A stretch of 64,000 nt of DNA from Eledone cirrhosa. Taxonomy: Eukaryota. The stretch is taken from assembly GCA_964016885.1 (NCBI GenBank), contig OZ024740.1:135532001-135596000 (forward strand), in the 5' to 3' direction. The position numbers and the translations under genes are program-made. Positions within the stretch are counted from its first letter, which is position 1; each line of letters starts with the position of its first letter. Positions 27,630 through 41,200 of this stretch are shown here, in pieces. Below the pieces are notes generated by a model. The model saw nothing but the letters and a program-made list of their open reading frames with translations. It was not told where the DNA came from and did not search any database.

Positions 27630-29559
27630 ACCAAATGGAGTAAATGGAGAGTTCAAATTAAGAAACACAGAAACCATTTCTAATCTTTTTTTGCTGTAGT
27701 AATCACAAGCAGATTGACTCTAAATATGAATTTTCTGGAAGAGAAAACGTCTGCCTAGCAGAGCTGTATGACAAGAGCAAATGCATCCATACCTCAATCC
27801 ATTAGCAAACACCATGTAAAAAGAAAAAGAAATGAAGAAATCTCTGCATCTTGAAAGACACAGGTACTTTTTTCATGCTTGTGGAAAAGCAATTCCAGGC
27901 AGCTTTGATTGATGTGTGTAATATTATATCATCTGTTGGCCAAGAAAGATACTATGAAAGCATATGGGTAATATTCAAAAGGAAGTATAAAGCAAAGAAA
28001 GAAGGCTAAGCTGGTACATTACACACCTGCCCAGAAACTTGTACCACAATACTGGGGTGGTACAACACAATGATTACAGTTGAAGCTATTCATCATGATG
28101 TTGACCCTTTGTTCATTACTTTTGTGGTGCAGTATGTGAAGGTGTTAAGTAGGGAAGTAACCAAAAATGAAATGACATTGTCTGGTAGAGACTATATTGA
28201 TATTCATATATGTGGATATATGTCTCCAAAGATCATAGAGCAATTCCTGAACTGTGCCCCATTATAGGTGCAGAAAGAAAAACTCTGGGACTGTTGCACA
28301 GGACAGAAAGTTTGGGGATTTTCTACTCTGAGGAACTAGAAGACAGCAGCAGAACCAGCAATATCAAGGGCAGCTCCACTAATCACAGCATTAGAAATAT
28401 GAAGGAGAGATTGCTTCATCCTCAGTTCCAAGAGCTGACCACAAAACTCAAGGATCTCCTAACCCAGCAGTACCATAATATTGTTTTGTGGTAATGAGGA
28501 AGAGACGAAAAATTATCAGGGGTAGAAGGCTACTGGATATGGAAGGAAAGGTAAGAAGCTGGAAAAGAACCTTCCCAAAAAGGAACTCTCTGCAAGTATG
28601 TAAGCAAAATGTATGAGGAGGCGCTCATCTCCCACTGGGGATTGTATGAAATCCCCAATTCTTATTATCATTATTTCAATACTGGGATGTCAGAAATGTG
28701 TCTCTACATTATTGTTGTTGTTGCTATTCTTATTTGCCTTATTACATATACTCACAAATACAAAGTGTAATGTAATTTACACTCATTCAAGCAGTGATGT
28801 GGAAATAAATGTCAACTGTTAGTTAGATTCCAAACATATGTTTGACTTCTTTACAGTATTGAGAAAGATCACAAATTATTTCAACTCATGTGAAATAATT
28901 TTGAAGCTGTTATATTTTTTAAAATCATTTTCGAGTGGTTCAACAAATTTTTATCATTTCTGTCTGCAAGACATCCATATTAAAACCTGATGATAAACAA
29001 GCAAATATTTCTTTGATAATGTAATGAAAATAAAACTCAATCAAAACTAATGATTTGCTGTTTTATTTACTTTTTTAAAGTAAATTTTTGAAGTTGAAAC
29101 AAGGGCTGCCTTGTAGCATCTTGAAAGCATCTTCCAATTGGGCTATGTCAATCTTGTCTCTTTAAATAGCAAAAAAAACACAAGTACTGCTCATTTCAAG
29201 AAAACATCATTGCAGCTTAGAGCCCTTGTGATTGCTCCAAATATTAGTCATCGTGATTACTAAGGATCTTTTTGGGGGAACATACATTCTCAACACAGCT
29301 AGATCTGCATCCCCAAAACTGGCACTTCCTTCTCTTCAGAGTCTGAAAATTCTTAAGCTCCCAATAATTAATGACCCTTCTACATGGTTATGATGAGGTT
29401 CAAAGTGGAGTTCAGTACCTGGTCTGGATTTATCAAGGAGTGGAGGAGGCATCTCTTGTCAAATAGGTCCCCTTCAGGAACCCTTCCCCCTCACACACAC
29501 ACACCTGAACTGACCTGGGCCTGCCTCCAAACCTGGACTACCCTGTGCCTCTCAAACCT

Positions 29560-29920
29560 GACTGCTCTAAGACCTCAAGTTCTAAATATGGTCCTGGCTG
29601 GCACTCACATTGACATTTTAGACCACATCCAGAGAAAAGATGCTTGGCTAATTAGTATAAAGTCCCTCACTGACACTTTCTAGCTTCTGGCCCACATATA
29701 AGCTATCTCTGCCATCTACCTTTTCTACCTCTGCTACAGTGATCTCTGCTCTAAGAAGCTTGCTTGTCTCATGTCACCTCCACTCAGGCAATTCTGACTC
29801 ACTCATCTCTTCTTATCACCCATATTGTGCTTAATTACCCAGCCTCTGCACTACATATGCACAGAATGTCATCCTTCCAGAACTCTCTCTCCCCACACAT
29901 CTTTCTAAAAGGAGAGAACT
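29560..29920 (+). mobile_element. Very degraded L2/CR1/Jockey-group LINE C-terminal remnant
   Basis: THIDILDHIQRKDAWLISIKSLTDTF*LLAH followed by ...LFYLCYSDLCSKKL...HPY, resembling the LDRIQRRA...LAHRR...LFYRYY pattern. Confidence 0.5.
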
Positions 29921-31406
29921 TACAGCAGATTAAGTGTCAACCTCTCTGGTCTCAGAGGTCCTGTGAAGTCTGTAAGCACAGCTCCTTTGTTTAGTCCTAT
30001 CAAGAAAAAAATGGTTGGTAGTCTGCCTCACCCTTATCTGGGAAGACAGAAGCTACTACGGTCATCTCCGTCTAGATATTTTTTGTCATGAGTGTCTGAG
30101 GAGGTGCCCCAGCTCCCCAGTATCAAGCTTTCAGAACTTCACATTACTCACTCTGACCAAATCCACACATTTCTCCACAGAGAAATTCATATTACTGAAT
30201 TAATTAGTTACCCTACTAATAATTGCTTCTGATTTAGGCACAAGGTCAACAATTTTGGTGGAGGGGAAAAATCAATTAAACTGATCCCGGTGCATTACTG
30301 GTACTTTATTTTATCAACCCCATAAGGATGAAAGGCAAAGCTAACCTCAGCAGGATTTGACCTCAGAACTTAAAGGAACGTAACTATATGCTGAAAAGCA
30401 TGTTGTTCGACACTACCAGTATTGCCAATCCACCCTCTTAAGTATCCTACTACTAATAAAACTAAAGTGAAACTCAACTGGTGTATGTATTTTTATTGAC
30501 AGCATGAAACGTGTGTGTGGCTGTATGGGTATATGTATGTTTTTATTTATATACCTTTTTTATTAATACATACTTTTTGGTGGAGGAGATACAAATATCA
30601 CCAACTCTCAGCATGACACCTACTTTTAAACTACCAAAACAAAGACATACATGTTATTGTGTATGTGTGTATGCATTTATGTATATATGTCCAGTCCACA
30701 CTGTAAAGTGGTTGTGTTGGCGACATGGCAAAAAGCACCCAGCAGACACTGTAAATGTGGTTGCTGTTAGGAAGGGTAACCAGCCATAGAAACCAAGCCC
30801 AAATCAGTTCTGTGTGAGTGAAACACAGTCCTTCGACCTGATCTCTCACAAAGAGACAACTAGTGGAAAATGTACGTTAAACAATGATGATGATACCACT
30901 TATTTGTAGAACAAAAAAGTCTCCCATCCTCCTGGCCATTCCTTTTTTAATATCTGGTACATATGCTGTTTAAAATTTCTTCTTAAATAGATTTGATTTA
31001 GTCACCCAATTGATTCAATCTGACCATTCCAACACCATACCCTCACACAATCCCCACCACATTACATTACTCTTTAGACCACCAAAGAATAACATATTTA
31101 TCTTGCATCCTTGATTTAATTGGATTTGCATTTTTTTTTTTTTTTTGTATAAACAGTCTTATCACCCCACCCTCATCCCTAAACATACTAAACATATTCC
31201 AGGACTATATTAACAACCAGACTAAGAAGCAAAGGACCAGTTTGAAAATTGTTCTAAAAGAGAATGTTGATCAAAACATTTGATCACTAGAGTTACAAGA
31301 ACTACACATTGTAAAACACTTGATTGTTAAAGAACAACTATAACAAAAGTCAGTCTTATAATTTTTCAAATATATATTTCTGTACCAACAGTTTTTTTTC
31401 ATATTC

Positions 31407-31455
<49 letters not shown>

Positions 31456-32849
31456 TGTTTAATGGCTGACTGAACACATATGAGTGCTTTTTCTTAAAAA
31501 AGAAAACATTCTATTCTTTTCTATTTTGTCTTTTATTTCTCATTTTATCTTATGATGTAAAAACTCTATTCATACTATATCAAGTGTTAAACTAATATAT
31601 TTCTTCATTATACTGTGTTGTTTGCTTTGTTGTTTCCATCTGCTGTTCACATGTATCATGGTTATCATCATTTAACGCCCATTTTTCCTCGCTTGAATGG
31701 GTTAGATGGGTTGTCACATTATGAAACAAGTCAGGTAAAGTGACCACAACTTGCTCATATGAATCTGTATTTTGGCTTAAGTTCTACGGCTGGATGCTCT
31801 TCCTAATGCCAACCACATTACTGTATGGACTTGGTGTTTTTTATTGTGGTACCAAAATGACCATATAACAGGGTGGACTGGGTGCTTTTTCATCATGTCA
31901 CCTACACAACCACCTAATGAGACATGATCTAAATGTTTGCAACAGTAAATACTGCTAAAGACACACAAAGACTAGTGGGTGGTGTTAAATTGTACGACGG
32001 ATTAAGTCCACTGCCCATAAGTCCTAATTTCATAATGATGAATTGTGCTACCAATAATACTTATTCATAGGTTAATTAAACATTGAGATTTAAATGTCTT
32101 TGTCATGTATAGTTGTTTGGCCTTAGGTCAACCTAGATCAAGCAGATTTATGAGCAAAGATGTTCAAGCTGTGATAGTCAAATCTTTTTCCAAGACACAG
32201 TAAACCCAGGACAGCATTTAATTGTGTCCTTCATTTTTAAGAGAAGATGGTTGGATTTGAGAGAGATTTGGTTGCTATATCTAGTAGGTCAAATGACTAC
32301 ATGGTGGTACGATATGAAATGTTGACCACTCACTTTGAATCCCAGTGCAACAGTGACTCAAATCAGTATTTGGTTCCTCAAAACCTATGAGGTTTTTTTT
32401 TTTTCTTAATTCAATATCGGAACATACAGTTAGTGTCCAACGCATTCTAGCATGGAAAAATGGGTGTTAAATGATTATGATTTACTTTGCTCTAGAATAT
32501 TTTTTAGATAGAATCTGAGAGAAAACTGCTCTTCCTCTAACCCTGACAACGAAAAGGGTTATAATTTCAATTTTTTTCTTCTTTTTATTTTTACTGCTTA
32601 TCCAGGACCTTTGAAATTGTTGGGAAGATGAGGGGAAGTTATCTTCATACTGGAGACCTGGCATAAATGCATGCAACAAGATGAATTCTGCAACAATACT
32701 TTGACTTCATTGAGCTTCAGAGCTGTAACTGATCTCTATTGATTGAATGACTACATTACATTTTTGATATAAATGCATACAATTATAGCTTGAAAAACTA
32801 TAAAGAGTAGGTGGGGGTTGAAAAAAACTAGCATTGATGGATTTCCTAC

Positions 32850-33130
32850 CTACACACTAAATTCCTCTCTGAACATGTTAACTCTTAGCTTACTGACAGC
32901 ATCTTTGTACATGGCTTGCATGATTCTCACAAATCATTAATTCATTTACACATAGTTTTCTTAGATGTACTTTGTTAAAGGCCTTCTCCATGTCAAAGAA
33001 TGATTTGAGTAGTTGCTTCAGTGGCTTCCTCATTGCTAAGAACTTCTCATGTAGTTGACACACTATGAAGAGGGCATTAATGTTACACTGTCCTAGCATA
33101 AATCTAAACTGTAAATTGTCTAAACTCATA
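32850..33130 (-). mobile_element. Old RTE RT fragment
   Basis: LDNLQFRFMLGQCNINALFIVCQLHEKFLA...FFDMEKAFNKV. Confidence 0.7.
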
Positions 33131-33698
33131 TTTTAAAAAAAAAAAAAAAAAAAAGGATGGTAGTGTGGTTTGAGGGAGATATGGCTGCTAGTTTTAGCAG
33201 GTTGATCAATCTCATAGAAACTTTCTTGGATCAGTTTTCTATTTTTTAAGTTTTGTATTGTGAGTAATATAGTTTAGTACTTACTATACTAGCTTCAGGC
33301 AAAGTAATCCCCTCTCATTTCTTTTGCCCTCATATCAACAAGGTTTCTCACCCTTTGATAGATACCTTTAATCATGAAAGCAGTTAACTCTGATCTGGAA
33401 AATTACTGTTATTTAACCCCAAATCAAACCTGAATGTGCAGATCTATGATCAAAGGCATTCCAGTTGTACCTAGAACTACATTATCTAATATGTTTCGTC
33501 TTTTTTTAAGGAAGTTTGATTTGAGGGATGTCTGGTTGCTATTTTTAACAAGTCAAGTGACAATGTGGAGATTCTGTCATTAGCTTGTATAGTAAATTAC
33601 TCTGCTAATGTATGAAAAAATAATTTTAAAAAAATCCACACATCTCTTTTTGGTTAACGATGAAAACGTTTTTCTTTTTTTTTTTGTCTTTTATTTAG

Positions 33699-33784
33699 GC
33701 ACAAGAAGAATTTACAGAAGCCAAAAAAGTGTTTGATGATATAAATAATGAACTACAAGTTGAACTTCCAGAGTTTTACGACAA
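33699..33784 (+). CDS. AMPH: Amphiphysin/BIN1-like exon (86 nt, phase 0-2)
   Basis: atttag acceptor, gtaagt donor; AQEEFTEAKKVFDDINNELQVELPEFYD(K), resembling [29 protein letters not shown]. Confidence 0.96.
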
Positions 33785-33810
33785 GTAAGTTAATATTCTC
33801 TATATCTTAA

Positions 33811-34007
33811 CCCTTTAATGCTCAAACCGGCCAGAATTCTCTACCTCTTTCTGTTGAAAGTGGCTGTAACTGGTCACTCAAACTGGTGTTAAGGTATTGT
33901 TCTCAAAATAAATACTTTCAAAATCTCATAGATTCAATATTATGTGAGGTAAAGCCTTTACCATGAAAATATAATAGTATATATAGAGTAATGTGAATGC
34001 TAAAGGG
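33811..34007. mobile_element. TTAA-flanked piggyBac-like MITE
   Basis: TTAA|CCCTTTA ... TAAAGGG|TTCA; same family as 34218-34433 and 52780-52996. Confidence 0.75.
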
Positions 34008-34217
34008 TTCAAATCATTTACAAATCTAACCTTTAGTAAATATTCATCTTTTTTTTTTAATTTTTGTAATTTAATCTTTTAACATGGGTACAAGGGCTCA
34101 GGTTTGCAGGGTAGTGAGAATAGTTGATTATATCTATCTCAATATTTAACTAGTACTTATTTTAGCGACCTTAGAAGAAGGAAATTTGAGGGTGACTTTG
34201 ACAAGATTTGGACTTAA

Positions 34218-34433
34218 CCCTTTAGCATTTAAACTGGCCATATCCGGCCAGAAGTCTCTCACCTCTTTCTGTCCAAACCAGCAGTAATTAGCCACTCGTA
34301 CTTCTGTTAAAGTATTGTTCTCAAAATAAATAACATTAAAATCTCATAGATTCATAGATTCGATATCATGTGAGATAATTATGTAAGATAAAGCTTTTAC
34401 CACAAAAATACAATAGTATATATAGAGCAAAGG
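34218..34433. mobile_element. TTAA-flanked piggyBac-like MITE
   Basis: TTAA|CCCTTTAGCATTTAAA left end; right TIR partly deleted. Confidence 0.7.
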
Positions 34434-34619
34434 TTAAAGGAAAGAAGCCAACTTTCCAGATCAGATTAAGGAAACGGTTTCCATTGCTGAAACCACTCCA
34501 AAATATGGATTGTATGAGCATGATGTGGTTCTCCTCCTATCTAGTCACAGACCAAGATGATTCATTCAATCCATGCCAGTGTGGAAAGCAGACATAAAAT
34601 GTTGATGATGATCATCATC

Positions 34620-35130
34620 ATGCAACCAAGTGAATACCCTCCATCAGGCATCTGCCATACTCTGAATGCTTTGCTTCCCTGGGCATGGATTCATTGAAGC
34701 TCCGACATCTGGCAACTGACTTGGTAAACACCCACAAAATTATTAACCATCTTGCCAACAACAACCTTGAGCACCTTTTTGATTTCCATGTGTCTAACAC
34801 ACGTGGGCATGCCAACAAAGTCAGAAAACAGCACAGTTCCCATGACTTTCGGAAACACCTTTTCATGCTCAGAGTTGCTGAAGCATGGAACAAACTACTT
34901 GCATCAACCGTTAGCTGTCGAGACACTGCATCCTTTAAAACCTCCATGCTTTCTGAGATTCGCCAACACTACACCTGATGTCCCCCCTCCATACACATGC
35001 ACACATGTATTTCATGACTCGTACACTGTTCATTTTCCTGACATTTGTACATTATTCTATGTACTATGCCTTTGATGAGTTGTAGTGCACCTGAGCACTG
35101 TACACAATAATTTCATTATTATTATTATCA
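34620..35130 (+). mobile_element. CR1-clade LINE 3' fragment
   Basis: LPYSECFASLGMDSLKLRHLATDL...TRGHANKV...RKHLFMLRVAEAWNKL...ASFK; (ATT)n tail. Confidence 0.85.
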
Positions 35131-35529
35131 TTTTTATGTCTGTTTTTCCATACTTGCATAGGTTGGATGGATTGTTTTCAGCACAGTTTTTCTCTACTCG
35201 TCATGTTCCTTTGTCATCTCCTCTAGAAAGGGCATCTAGCCATAGAAAGCTTGCCAAACAAGGGTTTGGGAGAACCCTTCAGTTTGTGTCAAAAGACACG
35301 TCAACTTCTCTTCTGTACTTGGTAAAACATGTCACCATATGTAAGCAGGATGCAGACCCTCTCGGCCTGTCTGGGAAATCAGTAGTCCCGCTTTAGTACT
35401 GACTTGGTCTATATAGACCCATCTAACCCTTGCTAGCAGCGGTCTGTACCATCGGCTGAACTACTAGCTCACTGATTGTTAAAACTGACCTTCCATTCCA
35501 TATTATATAATTTTCATTTCTTATTTTAG

Positions 35530-35605
35530 GCGCGTGCCGTTTTATTCTCAATCATTCCAAAATCTGTTTGCTGCAGAGAAAGCTTTTCATTCAGAACAAG
35601 GAAAT
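35530..35605 (+). CDS. AMPH: Amphiphysin/BIN1-like exon (76 nt, phase 2-0)
   Basis: ttttag acceptor, gtaagt donor; RVPFYSQSFQNLFAAEKAFHSEQGN, resembling [25 protein letters not shown]. Confidence 0.95.
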
Positions 35606-36529
35606 GTAAGTAGCTCTATTTTGCCATTTTTTAATAAATTGATACAAATGTTATCTGGGTTTATTCTTTTACTGATCTCAGTCTCTTGACTGTGACTATG
35701 TTGGGGCATTGCCTTCAAGGGATTTGGTCAATCATATCTACCTCAGTATTTATTTAGCAGAAACTGCAGAAAAAAAAAAAATAGTGAAATACCTTGACAT
35801 GGAAAGAAAATTTGGGACAAAAGCTTCTCAAAGTAAACTTAGTGTAGACAAAAGTTTTAGTAAGTAGGGAAGAGGATAAAATATGCCCAGTACATCCTGT
35901 AAAGTATAAATGTTGGTGCCATGATAAATTGCACCTAGTACACTCTATAAAGTGGTAATGCTGGTGCCACAAAAATGCACCCAATACATTCTGTAAAGTA
36001 GTAGTACTGGTACCACAAGAAAATACACCCAGTACACCCTGTAAGACAGTTGGCATTAATAAGGGCATCTAGCCATAGAAATCATGCCGAATATGGAATG
36101 CATGAGCAAGAGGAGTTTACTCATATCTGCCTGGTCTTCGACCATGCCAGCCCATCCAACTCATATTTGCATGTAAAGCTGATGTAAAATAATTACACAC
36201 ACACAGATGAGGCTTCCTTACAGTCCAAGTCTATAGCCAAAGACTCTTGCCTAAGATGCTAAGCAGTGGGACTAAACAACAAGTCCTTGTCATTGCAAAG
36301 TGAACTTCTTAACCATACAGCCATGCATTAAAAAAAGGTACATCAGCAACAAACTCCTCAACATAGGTGATAATCTCCTGATAAACCAGTACTTTGACTC
36401 CCCTAAGGTCCTTGACAAAGCTATGAATAAAACATCTCCAGTTCCTCCACCTCCTAACATTAATAGGGCTATTGAAACAGTTATGGATATGCTTGCTAAT
36501 GAAATCTCAAACCATTGACATTGATAAGT

Positions 36530-37112
36530 GCAGTCCTCTGCATGTGAGCTACATAAATGCCACTGCTGTGCGGTTGTTGACAAGTTTGGCTTGCACCCAC
36601 TGCCATGTTGCCAGAGCGTAGGCCAGTTCCCCCAACACGTCGCTCTCATATTGAGAAGAAGTCTGGATGCAGCTGGCTTTACATCTCAACTGGAGCCAGC
36701 TGGCCTAGACCACAGATGACAAGTGCCCCGACGGAATCACCCTCTTCCCATTCGAAGGAGGTAGATCCCTCAACTGGGACGCCACCTGCTGCGACACGTT
36801 CTCCGCCTCTAACTCAGTCGCTTCAGCTACAAACCCTGGCATTGCGGCCCGCTTTACAGAAGAACGTAAAATAAACAAATACCAGGGATGTCCAGCCGCT
36901 TCCTTTTCGCACTAGTCGCCGTCGTGACCTCAGGTGTACTTGGATCCCGTACAGCTGAGCTCCTCCGCAAGATTGGAACCTCAGCAGCCCGTCTGAGGAA
37001 GGAACCCTGCGAGCTTGGGTGGCTGTTGCAGTGGGTATCGCTGGTCATTGTTCGTGGGAATGCTGTTGCAGTCTTGTCCGTGGGGTGCAGCCCTTCTGCT
37101 TCTGTGCCCTAG
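36530..37112 (+). mobile_element. CRE-like non-LTR retrotransposon 3' fragment (zinc knuckle plus restriction-like endonuclease)
   Basis: CHCCAVVDKFGLHPLPC, LEPAGL, CPDGITLFPFEGGRSLNWDATCCDTF and GWLLQWVSLVIVRGNAVAVL across frameshifts. Confidence 0.8.
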
Positions 37113-37549
37113 GCTCAGAGCCCAATCATTCTCCCCCTTCCCGCCTCCACGCTCTTCTGCAACATTAGGTTTCTTGCCATCCCCTTCCCTTCCCTTTTTT
37201 TTTCTTTTGTTTTCTTTTCTATTAAACAGTATTCACAAAATATATTCCATAAATAAAAATTGACATCTCCATCCCTAAAATACTACTTTAACTATAATTT
37301 TAAAATATGGTAGTTCTGTAGCCCCAGATATATTCTGGTTGAGCTGACCTATGATTGAAGCTATTCCAGCCATAACCATTTCATCTTTTTTTTTTTGTAC
37401 TTTTGACTACATTATTTAATGTATCCTATCTTTTGTAAAGATGATGGGGTGTAATTTGAGAGATATTTAGCTGTTGTTTCTAGCATGTAAAGTAACCACA
37501 CAGACACTCCCTTGCTGGTTTAAAACTGTTTTTATGTATTGTTTTCCAG

Positions 37550-37632
37550 ATATCAGCAACTTTGATTGAAATTTGTCAAGCTTTATCAGCAAATTTTGTA
37601 TTACCTGAAAGAAAGTCTACCATACGAACAGT
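37550..37632 (+). CDS. AMPH: Amphiphysin/BIN1-like exon (83 nt, phase 0-2), end of BAR domain
   Basis: ttccag acceptor, gtaaat donor; ISATLIEICQALSANFVLPERKSTIRT(V); open and in phase with the previous exon. Confidence 0.82.
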
Positions 37633-37672
37633 GTAAATATATTCTATTTCTATTTACATAACATTAACTTGA

Positions 37673-38290
37673 CTAGCAGAAAAACCACCCTTCGGGTGGT
37701 TTTCTGCTAGCATGTGTAGTGTGTATATTGATATTATATGCAGGTATATATACATGTAGATATGATACATCAAATATAATACATAGAAATTGATCGAAGA
37801 CTGTGTTACACTGTCTTATTTAATCAGTAATGTAATCCATGATACATTAAAAAAGACGATATTATATATAAACTGCATTTGGAGAAAATTAGTATGTTTA
37901 TTTAAGCGATGGCCAACCGGAAGTGTTGACATTTCAGAAATTTTAAAGAAGTGAATCTTTAAATAAACAAAATATATTTAATCAACAACCACGAAATTTA
38001 GTAGATAAATTATGTAATATTCATTCATTATTTATTCAAAGTAATCCAACTTATTTTACAAACAAGATAAAAAAAAAATAAACCATACGCAATCCCGCAG
38101 ACCTTAGTTTAGATAGTTTGTTCCACAGTTACATTCTGTAAGGTCAATTTGAAATAGCTTTAAATTTTTCTTTTAAAGATTTTATATGAACATTTAAAAT
38201 TCCTTGTTATTGTTTTTTCGCGGATGTTGGCCAACCGCCACAACTTCGATTGTACTAACCTTCCACTCTTATATATATATTTATATACGA
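37673..38290 (-). mobile_element. Non-autonomous Helitron
   Basis: Minus strand starts A|TCGTATATAAATATATATATAAGAG and ends ACCACCCGAAGGGTGGT (hairpin) TTTTCTGCTAG|T. Confidence 0.7.
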
Positions 38291-38299
38291 TAACAAATA

Positions 38300-41200
38300 C
38301 GGTAGTCCATAAATATGGGGAACCTCATAGTGGTCCATAGGTATGCTAAAAATAGCAGCTAGGTAGGGCGAAATCTCATGGTGGTCCATGAGTGTGCTAG
38401 AAAAAGCAGCTAAATAAAGGGAACCTCATTGTGGTTTATAGGTGTGCTAGAAATAGGAGCTAAATAGGGGAATTTCATGGTGGGCCATAGGTGTGCTAGA
38501 AATAGCAGCTAAATAGGGGAAACTTTATTCTGCTCCATAGGTATGCTAGAAAATTGCAGCTACATCAGCAAAACAGGGGGAACCACATGGTGGCCCATAG
38601 GTGTGTTAGAAATAGCAGCTAAATATGGTAAAGCACATAATGGACTATAGGTGTGCTAGAAATATCAGCTATTTAGACGGTAGCTTATTGTGGTCCATTG
38701 GTGTGCTAGAAATAGCAGCTAAATAGGTGATCTTTATGGTGGTCCATAGGTGTGTTAGAAATAGCAGCTAAATACAGGATACCTCGTGGTGGTTCATAAA
38801 AGTTCTAGAAATAGCAGCTAATTATGAAGTACCTCTGGATTGTTCATAGGTGTAGTAGAAATAGCAGCTACATCAATTAAACAGGGGAACCACATGCTGG
38901 TCCATAGATGTGCTAGAAATAGCAGCTAAAACGACGATCCTCATAGTGGTTCATAGATATGCTAAATACAGGGTACCTCATGGTGTTCCATAAAAGTGTT
39001 AGAAATTGCAGCTGAGTAGGGGTACTTCATAACGGGCCATAGGTGTGCTCGAAATAGCAGCTAAACACTGGAACCTACTGATGGTCCATAGGTGTGCTAG
39101 AAATAGCAGCTAAATAGGGGAATCTCATAGTGGGCTATAGTTGTGCTAGAAATGGCAGCTAAATAGGTGGAAGCTCATGGTGGTCCATAGGTGTGCTAGA
39201 TATAGCAGCTAAACAGAGCGAACCTCATGGTGGTCCATAGGTGTGCTAGATATAGCAGCTAAACAGAGCGAACCTCATGGTGGTCCATAGGTGTGCTAGT
39301 GATAGCAGCTAAATAGGGGAATCTCATGGTGGTCTATAGTTGTGCTAGAAATAGCAGCAAAATAGCGGAAACCTATGGTGGCCCATAGGTGTGCTAGAAA
39401 TAGAAATAGAAACTAAATAGGGGAACCTCGTAGTGGTCCATGGGTGTGTTAGAAATAGCAGCTAAATACAGGATACCTTGTGGTGGTTCATCGAAGTGCT
39501 AGAAATAGCTAATTATGAAGCACCTCTGGATTGTCCATAGGTTTAGTAGAAATAGCAGCTAAGTAGGGGAATTTCATGTTTATCCATAGCAGCTAAATAG
39601 GGGTACCTCATAATGGACCATAGGTCTGCTAGAAATAGCAGCTACATCAGCTACACAGAGGAACCGCATGGTGGTCTATAGGTGTGCTAAAAATATTAGC
39701 TAAATGAGGGGAATTCTCATGGTGGTCCATAGGTGTGCTAGAAATAACAGGTACATCAACTAAGCAAGGGGGAACCTTATGGCGGTCCAGATGTGAGCTA
39801 GAAATAGTAGCCAAATGGGGTGAAAACTCATGGTGATCCATAGGTGTGCTAAAAATATCAGCTAAATAGGTGAACCTCATGGTGGTCCATAGGCGTGCTA
39901 GAAATAGCAGCTAATGGTGGAAACATTATGGTGGCCTATATGTGTGCTAAAAATAGTAGCTACATTAGCTAAACTAGGCAAACCTCTAGGTGATCCATAG
40001 GTCTACTAAAAAGGGCAGCTAAATATGGGATACCTAATGGTGGTCCATAGTTGTGCTAGAAATTGCAGCTGCAGCAGCTAATTAGGGGAACTACATGGAG
40101 GTTCATAAGTGTGTTAGATAGAGCAGCTAATAACAGGGTACCTCATGGTGTTTCATAAAAGTACAAGAAATTGCAGCTAAATAGGTTGAACCTCATGATG
40201 GTCCATAGGTGTACTAAAATAGCAGCTACATCAGCTAAACAGGGGGTACCATATTGTGGTCCTTAGGTGTGCTGGAAATAGCAGCTAAATAGGAGGAACC
40301 TCATGGTGGTCTATAGGTGTGCAAGAAATAGCAGCTAAATAGATTAACCTTAAGGTGGTCCATAGGTGTGCTAGAAATAACAGCTACATCCACTAAACAT
40401 ATGGAACCTCATGGTGGTCAATATGTGATAGAAATAGCAGTAAAATAGGGGTAACCTTATGGTAGTTCATGTGTGTGCTAGAAATAGCAGCAAAATAGAG
40501 GTAACCTTATGGTAGTTCATGGGTGTGCTAGAAATAGCAAAATAGGGGTAACCTTATGGTAGTTCATGGGTGGCTAGAAATAGCAGCTTAATAGGGGAAA
40601 TCTCATTGTTGTCCATAGATGTGCTAGAAATGGTAAGTAAATAGGTGGAAGCTCCATAAGTTTACTGGAAATAACAGCTAAATAGGGGGAACCTCATTGT
40701 AGTCCTTAGGTGTGGTAGAAATTGCAGCTAAATGTGTGGAATCCTTATTGTGGCCCGTAGGTGTGCTAGAAATAGCAACTACATTCAGCTGAACAGGGGT
40801 AACCGAATTGAGGTCCGTAGGTGTGCTAGAAATAGCAGCTAAATAGGGGGAACCTCATGGTAGTCCACAGGTTTGATAAAATTGTCAGCTAAATAGGGGG
40901 AACCTCATGGTGCTTCATAAGTATGCTAGAAATAGCAGCTAAATAGGGATCACCTCATGGTTATTCATAGGTGAGCTAAAAATAGCTGTCAGCTAAACGG
41001 GGACCTCATTGTGGTCCATAGGTGTACTATAAATAGCAGCTAAATAGGGGGAACCTCATGGTGGTCCATATGTGTGCTAGAAATAGCAGTTAAACAGGAG
41101 GAACCTTATGGTGGTCCATAGGTGTGCTAGAAATAGCAGCTAAATAGGGGAAACCTCATGGTGGTCCATATGTATGTTAGAAATAGCATCTTAATTAGGG

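Noticed and set aside
27880-28620. Coding-like stretch with short ORFs
   Set aside because: Multiple stops and no recognisable motif; possibly an old transposon but unassignable by eye.
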